Assembly (NCBI GenBank): GCA_963676615.1
Contig: OY781092.1
Span: 1,472,001-1,536,000 of the forward strand
Length of the DNA: 64,000 nucleotides
Source of the DNA: Candidatus Cloacimonadota bacterium
Lineage (GTDB): Bacteria; Cloacimonadota; Cloacimonadia; G963667145
Reading direction: 5' to 3'
This document shows positions 9,720-19,164 of this stretch, piece by piece (the stretch's first letter is position 1; each line of letters begins with the position of its first letter). The position numbers and the translations under genes are program-made. The notes under the pieces are model-generated. The model was given only the letters and a program-made list of their open reading frames with translations. It had not been told where the DNA came from and ran no database searches.

Positions 9720-10961
9720 ATGGAAGAGTTATTAAAAAAAGCGAAACTTTTGAAAGAGGCGAAAAAATTTTTGGCGAGCTGTGTTTCGGCGGACAAAAAT
9801 CAGGCGCTAGATTTGGTGGCAGATGCTTTGCTGGCGGAATCTGGCGAGATTTTGCAGGCGAACGCAAAAGATGTGGACGCTGCCAAAAAAGCGGGAATGA
9901 GCGCTCCGCTGGTGGATCGGCTGCTTTTGGACGAGCAAAGATTGCGGGAGATTGCCGAGAGTTTGCGGAAAGTGGCGACGCTCAAAGATCCTGTGGGCAA
10001 AATTTACGAAGGCTGGCAGATTGCCAACGGGCTGAAGATTAGCAAGGTGAGCGTGCCGATGGGCGTTTTGGGGATGATTTACGAGTCGCGGCCGAATGTT
10101 ACGGCGGACGCTTTTGCGCTGGCGATTAAGAGTGGAAATGCGATTTTGCTGCGGGGAAGTTCTTCGGCGCTGGAGTCGAACAAGGCGCTGGTGCAGGCGA
10201 TAAAAAAAGGGCTGGCGAAGAGCAAAATTTCGCCGGATGTTGTGCAACTTTTGGAAAGTACCGACCGCAAGCAGGTGGAGCAGATGTTGCAACTGACGGA
10301 GTTTTTGGATTTGATTATCCCGCGTGGCGGCGCAGGCCTTATCAATATGGTCGTGAATAACGCCAAGGTGAAGACGATCGAGACGGGCGTCGGCAACTGC
10401 CACATCTATGTTCACGCATCGGCGGATTTGCAGATGGCGCTGAATATTGTGGAGAACGCCAAAGTGCAGCGCCCAGGGGTTTGTAACGCTTGCGAGAGCG
10501 TTTTGGTGGACGAGGAGATTGCTGGCGATTTTTTGCCGAAATTGGTAGAGCGGCTCTCCGACAGAGTGGAGCTGCGGGGTTGCCCGAAGACGCAAAAGAT
10601 TATCGATTGCAAGCCAGCTGTGGAGAGTGACTGGGGGCAGGAGTTTTTGGATCTGATTTTGGCGGTGAAGGTCGTTGGCGGCGTGTCGCAAGCCATTGAG
10701 CATATAAATAAGTTCGGGAGTTTGCACTCGGAGGCGATTGTCGGCAAAGATTACGATGCGTGCCAGAAATTTCAGGCGGAGGTTGATGCGGCAGCGGTTT
10801 ATGTGAATGCATCGACGAGGTTTACCGACGGATCTGTGTTCGGTTTTGGTTGCGAAATGGGAATCAGCACTCAGAAAATGCACGCCCGTGGACCGATGGG
10901 GCTAGACGAGCTGGTGACCTACAAATACACGATTTCTGGCGATGGTCAGATAAGGGAATAA
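9720..10961 (+). CDS. proA: Gamma-glutamyl phosphate reductase
   Basis: YESRPNVT, IPRGG, GVGNCH, CNACE, VNASTRFTDG, STQKMHARGP. Confidence 0.97.
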   Translation: MEELLKKAKLLKEAKKFLASCVSADKNQALDLVADALLAESGEILQANAKDVDAAKKAGMSAPLVDRLLLDEQRLREIAESLRKVATLKDPVGKIYEGWQIANGLKISKVSVPMGVLGMIYESRPNVTADAFALAIKSGNAILLRGSSSALESNKALVQAIKKGLAKSKISPDVVQLLESTDRKQVEQMLQLTEFLDLIIPRGGAGLINMVVNNAKVKTIETGVGNCHIYVHASADLQMALNIVENAKVQRPGVCNACESVLVDEEIAGDFLPKLVERLSDRVELRGCPKTQKIIDCKPAVESDWGQEFLDLILAVKVVGGVSQAIEHINKFGSLHSEAIVGKDYDACQKFQAEVDAAAVYVNASTRFTDGSVFGFGCEMGISTQKMHARGPMGLDELVTYKYTISGDGQIRE

Positions 10962-10963
10962 AA

Positions 10964-11731
10964 ATGTTAATGACGAAAATTGTTGAGGTTGCGACCAAAA
11001 TTTCGCAAAAAGAGGGTTATAATGTCGGTTCTTTTTTTGCAGAAGACGAAAATTTGCCAGATCAGACGGCGCAAGATTTACAAAATTTGGCGCAATATAT
11101 TGACCACACGCATCTGGCGCCAGATGCGCAGGAGCGGGAGATAGAGCAGCTTTGCAATCAGGCGCAGGCGAATAATTTTGCCAGCGTTTGCGTCAACTCT
11201 GTGTGGGCGCTGGCGGCGAAAAAGTTCTTGCCGACGGTTCCGCTGTGCTGCGTGGTTGGCTTCCCGTTGGGGGCTTGCACAAGCAAAACCAAGCTGGCGG
11301 AGACGCAAGAGGTGCTGCAGGCGGGCGCCAAAGAGGTGGATATGGTGATAAATGTTGGGGCGCTCAAAGACGAAAAATATGCGCAGGTTTGCGACGAGAT
11401 AGCGCTTTTGGCGATGGAATGCCACAAGTTTGGGGCGAAGCTGAAGGTGATAATCGAGGCGTGTTTGCTCACGCAGGAAGAAAAAATCGCTGCTTGTCTT
11501 TTGTCGAAAAAAGCGGACGCCGATTTTGTCAAAACTTCGACGGGATTTTCTACTGGCGGAGCCACGAGCGAAGATGTGGCGTTGATGCGAGAGGTGGTCG
11601 GCAAAAAAATGGGCGTAAAGGCCTCTGGCGGCATTCGTGATCGGCAAACCGCTCTGGCGATGCTTAGGGCAGGCGCCAACAGAATTGGAGCTTCGGCTGG
11701 GCTGAAGATTTGTAAAAAAGTTGATTTGTAA
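10964..11731 (+). CDS. deoC: Deoxyribose-phosphate aldolase
   Basis: IDHT, VVGFPLG, EVDMV, FVKTSTGF, VKASGGIR. Confidence 0.95.
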   Translation: MLMTKIVEVATKISQKEGYNVGSFFAEDENLPDQTAQDLQNLAQYIDHTHLAPDAQEREIEQLCNQAQANNFASVCVNSVWALAAKKFLPTVPLCCVVGFPLGACTSKTKLAETQEVLQAGAKEVDMVINVGALKDEKYAQVCDEIALLAMECHKFGAKLKVIIEACLLTQEEKIAACLLSKKADADFVKTSTGFSTGGATSEDVALMREVVGKKMGVKASGGIRDRQTALAMLRAGANRIGASAGLKICKKVDL

Positions 11732-11761
11732 TGCGAAAATGACGCAGGCAGGAGACCAAAA

Positions 11762-13078
11762 ATGAAAAAGATTGTCAAAGGCGAGATTTTCTTTTTTACG
11801 GACGCTCCTTCTGCAGAAAAAAATCCGCAAGATTTTAGCGTTTATCTGCCGAGCGGGGCGATGTGCATCGAGGACGGCTACATTTTGGAAGTGGGAGACA
11901 GCCGAGAAATCGAGGCGAAATTTCCAGATACGAGGGTAATCGATTACGGCGAAAACCTGATAACACCGGGCTTTATCGACACGCACATTCACTATCCGCA
12001 AACCCAGATGATCGGCTCATACGGCAAACAGCTGATCGACTGGTTGCAAAATTACACTTTCCCGATGGAGAGCCAATTTGCCGATGCGGACTACGCCAAA
12101 AAAATCGCTAAGATTTTTATCAAGGAGCTATTTCGTTACGGGACAACGACTTGTATGTGCTACGCTTCTGTTCATCCGCAGTCGGCACAGGCGATTTTTG
12201 AGGTCGCCTCGCAGTTCAATATGCGGATTATTGCGGGGAAAGTTCTGATGGACTGCAACTGTCCAGAATGTTTGGTGGACAGCAAAAATTACAAGCAGCA
12301 GACGCAGGCTTTGATCGACAGATGGCACGGCAGAGGCAGGGCGCTGTATGCGATAACCCCGCGGTTTGCGCTGTCTTGTTCGCGGGAGCAGCTGGAAGTT
12401 TCGGGGCAGTTGTTGTGCGAAAATCCTGGCGTTTATTTGCAGACGCATCTCTCGGAAAACCAGCTGGAGGTGCAAACTGCTTTGCAGATGTATCCCGAAT
12501 GTGCGGACTATCTGGAGATTTACGAAAAATATGGGCTGCTATCTCGCAGGTCGGTTTTTGCTCACGGAATCTACCTGAGCGACGACGAACTGGGCAGAAT
12601 TGCCGCAGCGGGAGCGACGATAGCGCACTCTCCGACCTCCAACATTTACTTAGGCAGCGGACTTTTTGAGATGGGCAGAGCCAACAAATTTGGCGTGCAG
12701 ACGACGATTGCCACTGATGTGGGAGCTGGCACGAGTTTTTCGCTGCTACGGACGATGAACGAAGCCTACAAAATTCAGCAGCTTGGCGGCTATCCGATGA
12801 ACGCTTACGAGAGTTTTTACAAAACGACGCTCGGCGCCGCCAGAGCCTTGCAGATTGACGATAAAATCGGGTCGCTGCAAAAAGGCAAAGAGGCGGATTT
12901 TGTTGTGCTGAGCTATAAAAAGCCGAATTTGCAGCGGTTGCGAACGGAATATTTGCAAAAACAGGAGAAATGGGATGTGGAAAAAATGTTGTTTGGGTTG
13001 CAGATTTTGGGTGACGACAGGAATGTTTTGGCGACTTATATTATGGGCGAAAAAATCGAGATAGAAGATGAAATTTAA
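11762..13078 (+). CDS. guaD: Guanine deaminase
   Basis: PGFIDTHIHYPQ, ITPRFA, QTHLSEN, PTSNIYLGSG, TDVGAG, GDDRN. Confidence 0.95.
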   Translation: MKKIVKGEIFFFTDAPSAEKNPQDFSVYLPSGAMCIEDGYILEVGDSREIEAKFPDTRVIDYGENLITPGFIDTHIHYPQTQMIGSYGKQLIDWLQNYTFPMESQFADADYAKKIAKIFIKELFRYGTTTCMCYASVHPQSAQAIFEVASQFNMRIIAGKVLMDCNCPECLVDSKNYKQQTQALIDRWHGRGRALYAITPRFALSCSREQLEVSGQLLCENPGVYLQTHLSENQLEVQTALQMYPECADYLEIYEKYGLLSRRSVFAHGIYLSDDELGRIAAAGATIAHSPTSNIYLGSGLFEMGRANKFGVQTTIATDVGAGTSFSLLRTMNEAYKIQQLGGYPMNAYESFYKTTLGAARALQIDDKIGSLQKGKEADFVVLSYKKPNLQRLRTEYLQKQEKWDVEKMLFGLQILGDDRNVLATYIMGEKIEIEDEI

Positions 13079-13096
13079 CTTGAAATTGGAGGAAAG

Positions 13097-14071
13097 ATGT
13101 TTTTGACTGGCGATCAGATGAAGAAAGTCATCCTGAAGGCGAGGAAAGAGAAGTTTGGAATTATCGCGTCGAATGTGGTGTTCGACACTTCTGTGCGGGC
13201 GATGATTCAGGGGTATGCCGCGATGGAAGCGGACGGATTGTTGCAGATTTCTGCGGGAGCGTGCAAGTATGCGGCTGGACCGACGAAAGATTTGTTGGCT
13301 GGAGCGAAGTTTATTTCCGATATGGTGAAAAATATCGCCGCACAATACGGCAAGAGTGGCGTGGGTTTGAATATCGATCACGGTGCGCCCAAAGATTTTG
13401 ATTTTATTGTGCATTGCATCGAGAACGGTCTGGTGTCGAATGTGATGATCGACGCTTCGCACGAAGATTTTGAGGAGAATGTGCGAATTACCAAAGAGGT
13501 TGTGGCGGTTGCGCACAAGCATAATGTATTGGTGGAAGGCGAGATAGGCTACATCAAGGGGAACGAGGACGAGCTGGTGAGCGAGGGCGAGCTTTACACA
13601 AATCCGCAAGAGGCGCTGGAGTTTGTGCAAAAGACGGGCGTTGACCTTTTTGCGGCTTCTGTGGGGACGAATCACGGCGTGACCAAAGGCGCAGATGTTG
13701 TTTTGCGGCTGGAGCTTATCAAGGAGATCGACGATCTTTTGGCGGCGAATAATTTGGATGCGGGCTTGGTGCTACACGGTGCTTCGGGACTGACGGTTAA
13801 ACAGCAGCAGGACGCAGTGGCAAACGGCGTGGTCAAGATTAACAAAGACACTCGCTATCAGATGGAAATCGCCGCTGCCGTGCAAGCTTATTGGGAGGCG
13901 GAAAAAGACGCAATCGTTTGTCCTGCGGGCGTCGATGCGAAAAAATACACGCCAGACAAGGGCAGATTTGATCCCAGAAAATGGCTGGTCAAAGGCGAAA
14001 ATGCGATGCAGGCGGCGGTCGAGAGTTTGGTCGAAATCGCAGGAGCAAAGGGCTCTTCAATACTTTTGTAA
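13097..14071 (+). CDS. Class II fructose-bisphosphate aldolase family protein
   Basis: DHG, MIDAS, VEGEIG, GTNHG, VLHGASG, KINKDT, FDPRKW. Confidence 0.9.
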   Translation: MFLTGDQMKKVILKARKEKFGIIASNVVFDTSVRAMIQGYAAMEADGLLQISAGACKYAAGPTKDLLAGAKFISDMVKNIAAQYGKSGVGLNIDHGAPKDFDFIVHCIENGLVSNVMIDASHEDFEENVRITKEVVAVAHKHNVLVEGEIGYIKGNEDELVSEGELYTNPQEALEFVQKTGVDLFAASVGTNHGVTKGADVVLRLELIKEIDDLLAANNLDAGLVLHGASGLTVKQQQDAVANGVVKINKDTRYQMEIAAAVQAYWEAEKDAIVCPAGVDAKKYTPDKGRFDPRKWLVKGENAMQAAVESLVEIAGAKGSSILL

Positions 14072-14084
14072 GAAAAAAACGAAG

Positions 14085-14118
14085 AAACGAAGGTAAAGAA
14101 ATTTGCCTTCGTTTTGTT
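14085..14118 (+). terminator. Probable intrinsic terminator
   Basis: AACGAAGGTAAA-gaaa-TTTGCCTTCGTT stem followed by a T-rich tail. Confidence 0.55.
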
Positions 14119-14143
14119 CATAAAATAAAAGGCTAAAAAAAAG

Positions 14144-15904
14144 ATGAATTTACAATATATGAAACTGCAGATTTTGGCGATTGGTTTGATTGTGCTGGCT
14201 GGATATTTGGGTGGAGTGCTGGCTAAAAAGCTCAAAATCGGCGAAGTTATCGGGCAGATGCTTGGGGGAGTGTTGGTCGGTCCACACCTGCTCAAAGCAG
14301 TGCTAGCGTATTTCGGCGACGCTCAAAATTTGCCTGCGCTGCTGCAAGGCGTGCACCATTTCGTCCACACCGACGGCTTTCACTCCTACGAGTCGATAAT
14401 CGAGAGCTTCCACTTTTTCGTCTTTATGTTTTTGGGACTGATCGCCTTTTCGCTGGGCGAGGAGCTGCACCTAGACAGGCTCAAAGAGGTCGGCTTTTCC
14501 GCGGTAACGATTTGCCTCGTGCAAGGCGTAATCACCTTTGTCGCCCTGAGCGTGCCGTTCTACTTCTTCTTCGATTTTTCCCTGATCAACTCCCTGATAA
14601 TCGGCTCGATCGGCATCGCCACAGCGCCGGCGCTCACCTTCATCCTGATGCGAAAACTCCGAGTCGAGGGCAAGCTAAAAAATTTGCTGGCAAATGTGGT
14701 GGTTTTGGACGACCTAATGGAGGTGATTTTCTTCTCGATTTTTTTGGGAATCGCCGTCTATTTGCAGATGGGGAAAGAGGTTAGCTTCTTGGCTCTGGGT
14801 GAGCATTTGCTCATCGAAATATTTTTGGCGCTACTATTGGGCTTGATAATTTTTGTGCTAATTTTCATCTTTTTGCGAGGCAGAACCTCCTCCGACGAAA
14901 CGAAATCGGACAAAGACGATAGATTTTTATCCACATTTTTGTCCGACCATCCGACGCCGTCTGTCGAGGTGCTTTTGTTCATCATTGGAGTGGTCTCAGT
15001 CGGCATCGCTCTTAGCATTCACTTAGATTTGCCATTTTTGATAACGGCGATTTTTGCGGGATTTTTGGTGGCAAATCTGCACTATCACGCCATTTTTGAC
15101 TCGCTGAAAATCGACAATGTGATGCCAATTTTTAACCTGCTTTTTTTTGCGATAATCGGCGCATCGATTCAGCTGGAGAGCTTTTCTTGGGCGACCATTG
15201 GCTTTTCGCTTTCGTATGTAGTTCTGCGCAGTGCGGGCAAGCTCGTCGGCAACCATTTGGGCACGAAATACACCGGGCAAGACCCGATGATTGTGGCGTT
15301 TTTCCCAAAGCTGATGTTGCCGCAAGCTGGAATGGCGGCTGTGGAGACGATTTTGGTGGCGACTGTGCTGGCAGATAGCGGCGGCGACACGATTTTCAAC
15401 ATCATTATTCCTGCGCTGGTGATTTTTGAGGTTGGCGGAGCGCTGCTCTCGGAGCGGACTTTGATTAAGTGGAAAAATTGGACGATTGGCGAAAAAGATG
15501 CGTATTGTCAATCGAGCGCCAAGCAAAATTGTAAGCTGGATTTTTTGAATAGCCGAGAGCTTTTTTTGCAGGCGAATAGCGAAAAAGAGGTGCTGGAATG
15601 CGGGCTGGAGTGCTTGCGGAGTCAGGGGGTCGTGCGAGACGACAACTACGACGAAATTTTGAGCTCGCTTTTGGCGCGGGAAAAGCTCTCTTCGACTTAT
15701 ATGGACAAGCAGGTCGCGATTCCGCATTGCCGATTGGACGAGCTCGACCAGCCGTATTTGGTCAAAATTGTTTTGCAAAAGCCGCTGGTTTGGGACAAAA
15801 AGCAGAACATTGTCAGCCAAGTTTTTTTGATTTTGACGGGCGCGAAAGACCCGAAACAACATTTACAAGCGATAAGGGCGATAGCCTCTTCATTGCAAGA
15901 ATAG
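14144..15904 (+). CDS. Cation:proton antiporter fused to a C-terminal PTS EIIA domain
   Basis: About 12 TM segments with ATAPA, LDD and PQAGMA; C-terminal LLAREKLSSTY...VAIPHCR...HLQAIRAIA. Confidence 0.85.
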   Translation: MNLQYMKLQILAIGLIVLAGYLGGVLAKKLKIGEVIGQMLGGVLVGPHLLKAVLAYFGDAQNLPALLQGVHHFVHTDGFHSYESIIESFHFFVFMFLGLIAFSLGEELHLDRLKEVGFSAVTICLVQGVITFVALSVPFYFFFDFSLINSLIIGSIGIATAPALTFILMRKLRVEGKLKNLLANVVVLDDLMEVIFFSIFLGIAVYLQMGKEVSFLALGEHLLIEIFLALLLGLIIFVLIFIFLRGRTSSDETKSDKDDRFLSTFLSDHPTPSVEVLLFIIGVVSVGIALSIHLDLPFLITAIFAGFLVANLHYHAIFDSLKIDNVMPIFNLLFFAIIGASIQLESFSWATIGFSLSYVVLRSAGKLVGNHLGTKYTGQDPMIVAFFPKLMLPQAGMAAVETILVATVLADSGGDTIFNIIIPALVIFEVGGALLSERTLIKWKNWTIGEKDAYCQSSAKQNCKLDFLNSRELFLQANSEKEVLECGLECLRSQGVVRDDNYDEILSSLLAREKLSSTYMDKQVAIPHCRLDELDQPYLVKIVLQKPLVWDKKQNIVSQVFLILTGAKDPKQHLQAIRAIASSLQE

Positions 15905-15916
15905 GAGTGGTAAGTT

Positions 15917-17012
15917 ATGGAAATGCAAGAGTTTAGAGAGAAGGCAAACGAGCTGATTTTGAAAGCTGAGCAACTCGGGAGGTTGGTTTGACTCGCAAGA
16001 GCTAGGCAAAAAAGTGACGGAACTGGAGCAGCAAACTTTGCAGGCGGATTTTTGGGATAACGCCCAAAAAGCGCAAAAAATTGTTAAGCAGCTGAATATC
16101 CTCAAGACGCAGCAGGAGGAGACCGCGAACCTTTTTGCTATTGCCGACGATTTGCGGGTGTATCTGCAGATGCTGGCGGAGGATGCGGGTTTGCTGGCTG
16201 AGGCGAGCGGCGAGATTGCGCAGTGGGAAAAGTTTTTGCAGGAACAGGAGATAAAGACTTTGCTTTCGGGCGAGTTGGATTCTGGCGATGCGATTTTGAC
16301 GATTAACCCCGGAGCTGGCGGCACCGAGAGCCAAGATTGGGCAGAGATGCTTTTGCGGATGTATCTGCGCTGGGCGGAACAGCGGGATTTTAAGGCGGAA
16401 ATTGTTGAGCTGCAGCCGGGCGACGAAGCGGGCATAAAGAGCGCCACGCTGGAGATTAAGGGGCAATTTGCCTACGGTTATTTGGCTTGTGAGGCTGGCA
16501 TTCATCGCCTTGTGCGGATTTCGCCGTTTAATGCGCAGGGCAAGCGGCAGACATCGTTTGCGTCGGTTTTTGCCTATCCGCTGGTGGACGATCAAATCGA
16601 AGTGGATATCGACCCCAGCGATTTGCGGATCGACACCTATCGAGCTTCGGGTAAAGGCGGACAGTGCGTCAACACGACCGATTCTGCCGTGCGAATCACT
16701 CACTTGCCCACGGGAATCGTGGTGCAGTGCCAAAACGAGCGGAGCCAGCTAAAAAACAAAGATCACGCGATGAAGATTTTGAAGTCGCGGCTCTATCAAC
16801 ATTATTTGCAGGAGAAGCAAAAAGAGAGTAAAGAGCTGGAGAGCACCAAGACCGAAATCGGCTGGGGCAACCAAATTCGCTCCTATGTTTTTCATCCGTA
16901 TCAGATGGTCAAAGATCACCGCACCAAGTTCGAGGTCAAAAACACCGACAAGGTGATGAACGGCGATTTGGACGGCTTTATCCAGGAGTTTTTGCGGTTT
17001 AATAAGATGTAG
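15917..17012 (+). CDS. prfB: Peptide chain release factor 2 (programmed +1 frameshift)
   Basis: 24-codon leader MEMQEF...GRLV-stop, then +1 frame DSQELG...; GGTESQDWA, SPF and GGQ motifs. Confidence 0.95.
15977..15992 (+). promoter_or_regulatory. prfB +1 frameshift cassette
   Basis: Internal SD GGGAGG, 3-nt spacer, GTT TGA C. Confidence 0.85.
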
Positions 17013-17029
17013 GCAATTTTTAGGCAAAG

Positions 17030-17060
17030 AAAAAGGCAACCGATTTGGTTGCCTTTTTTT
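17030..17060. terminator. Bidirectional intrinsic terminator
   Basis: AAAAAGGCAACC-gattt-GGTTGCCTTTTTTT between convergent genes. Confidence 0.85.
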
Positions 17061-17072
17061 GGGTTAAAATTA

Positions 17073-17594
17073 TTAGTCTTTGATGGTAATATCAAAAGTA
17101 GCGGTTGTTCCGCCAACTACCTCAAAGACGAGCTCGTAATCTCCATTGTCCAAGCCTGAAATTTTAGAATTGGCACTGTTTTCAGAAGAAAATACGGAAA
17201 CTTGAGATTCATTAGGGAGATAGCCTTTGCTCGAAATACTGCCAGCTCCATCCCCTTCCAAATAAGTGGCAACCTTGCTTCCGCCTTTCTTTCTCAAGAA
17301 AAAATTGAAAGTGAGATTTTTTAAATCTTCGTCTCCAGAGTTATATGCTTGAAGATAGCAACCAAGATTTTTATCGCCATAAGTGGCTTTAGAAATAGAA
17401 ATTATATCTTTATTGCTAATATTGCTAATGCTAGAAGCGTCATTGTCTTCCAATAAGTATGATCCTTTTTCTGTAAATTTAATGGCGTTTAAATCTGGAC
17501 CATCGTCATCGTCGTCGTTTCCGAAGATGTTACAGCCGCTGATTGCCAGAGCTAAAACGCTCAGAGCCAACATCATTTTTAAGAATTTTTTCAT
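17073..17594 (-). CDS. Hypothetical lipoprotein
   Basis: Signal peptide, lipobox ISGC, acidic NDDDDD linker, RBS AAGGAG. Confidence 0.85.
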   Translation of the reverse strand: MKKFLKMMLALSVLALAISGCNIFGNDDDDDGPDLNAIKFTEKGSYLLEDNDASSISNISNKDIISISKATYGDKNLGCYLQAYNSGDEDLKNLTFNFFLRKKGGSKVATYLEGDGAGSISSKGYLPNESQVSVFSSENSANSKISGLDNGDYELVFEVVGGTTATFDITIKD

Positions 17595-18492
17595 TTTTTC
17601 TCCTTATAAATTAAGATTTCTTTAACATTTTTTCAGTAATCGGCTGACCACTGGAAATTTGTCAACGATTTTTGCAAACTTTAAGCAACTACTGCTTGTC
17701 GTATGTGACCAGCCCTTCGTCGTCGAGGGTTGTCAGGATATTTTTGTCCGCCGAGAGGTAGTAGTCGTTTGTCACGGGGCCTTCGCCTGGATCGCCGTTG
17801 TCACTCCAGGGAGAGGTAGAAGTTTCTTGCGTTTTCTCATTTGTAACAGTATAGGTGTAGGTTCTAGGCGTCGCGCTGTTGTCATATGTTATGTCCACAG
17901 TGTATTCTGCTGAATATGGAGTGTTGTCTGGATCGGTTTGAGTGAGTGTAGCAGAGTCTGAAGCGAAAACGAGCCCTCTTGTTGCGTTGCCAAAGATAAA
18001 TCCCCAGCCGTTATCGAAGATGAGGTCGCCAGAAGAGTAGCTGCTGGCTTGCTTTGAGTAAACAGATTTGTCGCCAGCTTCGTCGATGAGTGTCAGCTTG
18101 TTTCCAGAGAGGGTGTAGGTCAGCTCTAGTGTGGTAAACTCTTTTTCTAGGCTTTCCCATTCGGCGCCAAAGGTGTCTTTTGCTCGAACAGTTGGATTGC
18201 TGAGAGTGATGGTGGAGTTGTCGTAGGTGGAAGAGACCGAAGTTTCGACAATGTAGGGAGTGCTTTCGTTCTCGTTGCCGTAGTTTTTGACTTCGTTGCT
18301 CACGGTGGAGGAGCTGCCGATTATCAATATGTTGGTAATCGAGTCGCCTTTGCTTATCCAAGTTCCCGAAAGGTCGTTTTTTTCGTCGTCGTCGCTGCTA
18401 CTGCTGTCGCTTCCAAAGATGTTACAGCCGCTGATTGCCAGAGCGAAAACGCTCAAAGCCAACATCATTTTTAAGAAATTCTTCATTTTTTT
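17519..18492 (-). repeat. About 80-bp direct repeat encoding the shared signal peptide (17519-17599 and 18411-18491)
   Basis: 5 mismatches over about 80 bp by manual alignment. Confidence 0.9.
17689..18486 (-). CDS. Hypothetical lipoprotein (possibly lipocalin-like beta domains)
   Basis: Lipobox ISGC, S/D-rich linker, LSGTW and YTLSGNKLTL patterns. Confidence 0.85.
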   Translation of the reverse strand: MKNFLKMMLALSVFALAISGCNIFGSDSSSSDDDEKNDLSGTWISKGDSITNILIIGSSSTVSNEVKNYGNENESTPYIVETSVSSTYDNSTITLSNPTVRAKDTFGAEWESLEKEFTTLELTYTLSGNKLTLIDEAGDKSVYSKQASSYSSGDLIFDNGWGFIFGNATRGLVFASDSATLTQTDPDNTPYSAEYTVDITYDNSATPRTYTYTVTNEKTQETSTSPWSDNGDPGEGPVTNDYYLSADKNILTTLDDEGLVTYDKQ

Positions 18493-18663
18493 ATCTCCTT
18501 TTTATTAAAAATTTCAATCCAAAAAAATGAAATCAAAAACAAAATGTCAACTGTTTTCAAAATTTTGCCCTGTCTGTTTTCCAGAGCAAATCCAATTATT
18601 ATATTGACACATAAACAGATAGCGAAAATTTGGAGCTAACGATAACAATTTAAGGAGGCTGAC

Positions 18664-18933
18664 ATGGCTCTTACTAATCAAGCCAAGGAAGCAATCGTGG
18701 CAGAGTTCAAACTCCACGACGCAGACACAGGGTCGCCAGAGGTGCAAGTTGCCCTGATGACCAACAACATCAAAAATATCACGGCGCACCTGGATATTCA
18801 CAAAAAAGATCACCACTCAAGAAGAGGTTTGCTTAAGTTGGTGGGCAGAAGAAGAAAACTTTTGGAATACCTCAAGGGCAAAGATATCGAAAGATACAGA
18901 GCGCTGGTAGCGAAGTTAGGTTTGAGAAAGTAG
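18664..18933 (+). CDS. rpsO: 30S ribosomal protein S15
   Basis: [32 protein letters not shown]. Confidence 0.98.
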   Translation: MALTNQAKEAIVAEFKLHDADTGSPEVQVALMTNNIKNITAHLDIHKKDHHSRRGLLKLVGRRRKLLEYLKGKDIERYRALVAKLGLRK

Positions 18934-19000
18934 AAGGGCGCAAAGCTCTTTTACTTTTCTCTTCAAATAAAAACGGACAACACTGTAAATCTTTGAAGAA

Positions 19001-19106
19001 TAAGACAAAAAATCAGATTTTTAGCAATAATCAAAATTCTTGTTTGCTTTTTTCAGGAAGGAAGCGACGAGGATATTTGGTTATTGCTTTTTTTCTCTTT
19101 GTCTTA
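19001..19106 (+). promoter_or_regulatory. Long hairpin in the pnp leader
   Basis: TAAGACAAA/TTTGTCTTA, AGCAATAATCAAA/TTTGGTTATTGCT and inner GU-rich pairings. Confidence 0.65.
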
Positions 19107-19164
19107 CGGTCTTTTTTTTGAGACTAGCAGGTTGTGCCGCAAAACACACACTTAAGGAGAAAAA

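Noticed and set aside
9720..10961. proA without adjacent proB
   Set aside because: proB may lie elsewhere in the genome; not assessable from this window.
16014..17012. prfB as a truncated gene or pseudogene
   Set aside because: The upstream leader with RBS, internal SD and UGA-C fits a programmed frameshift.
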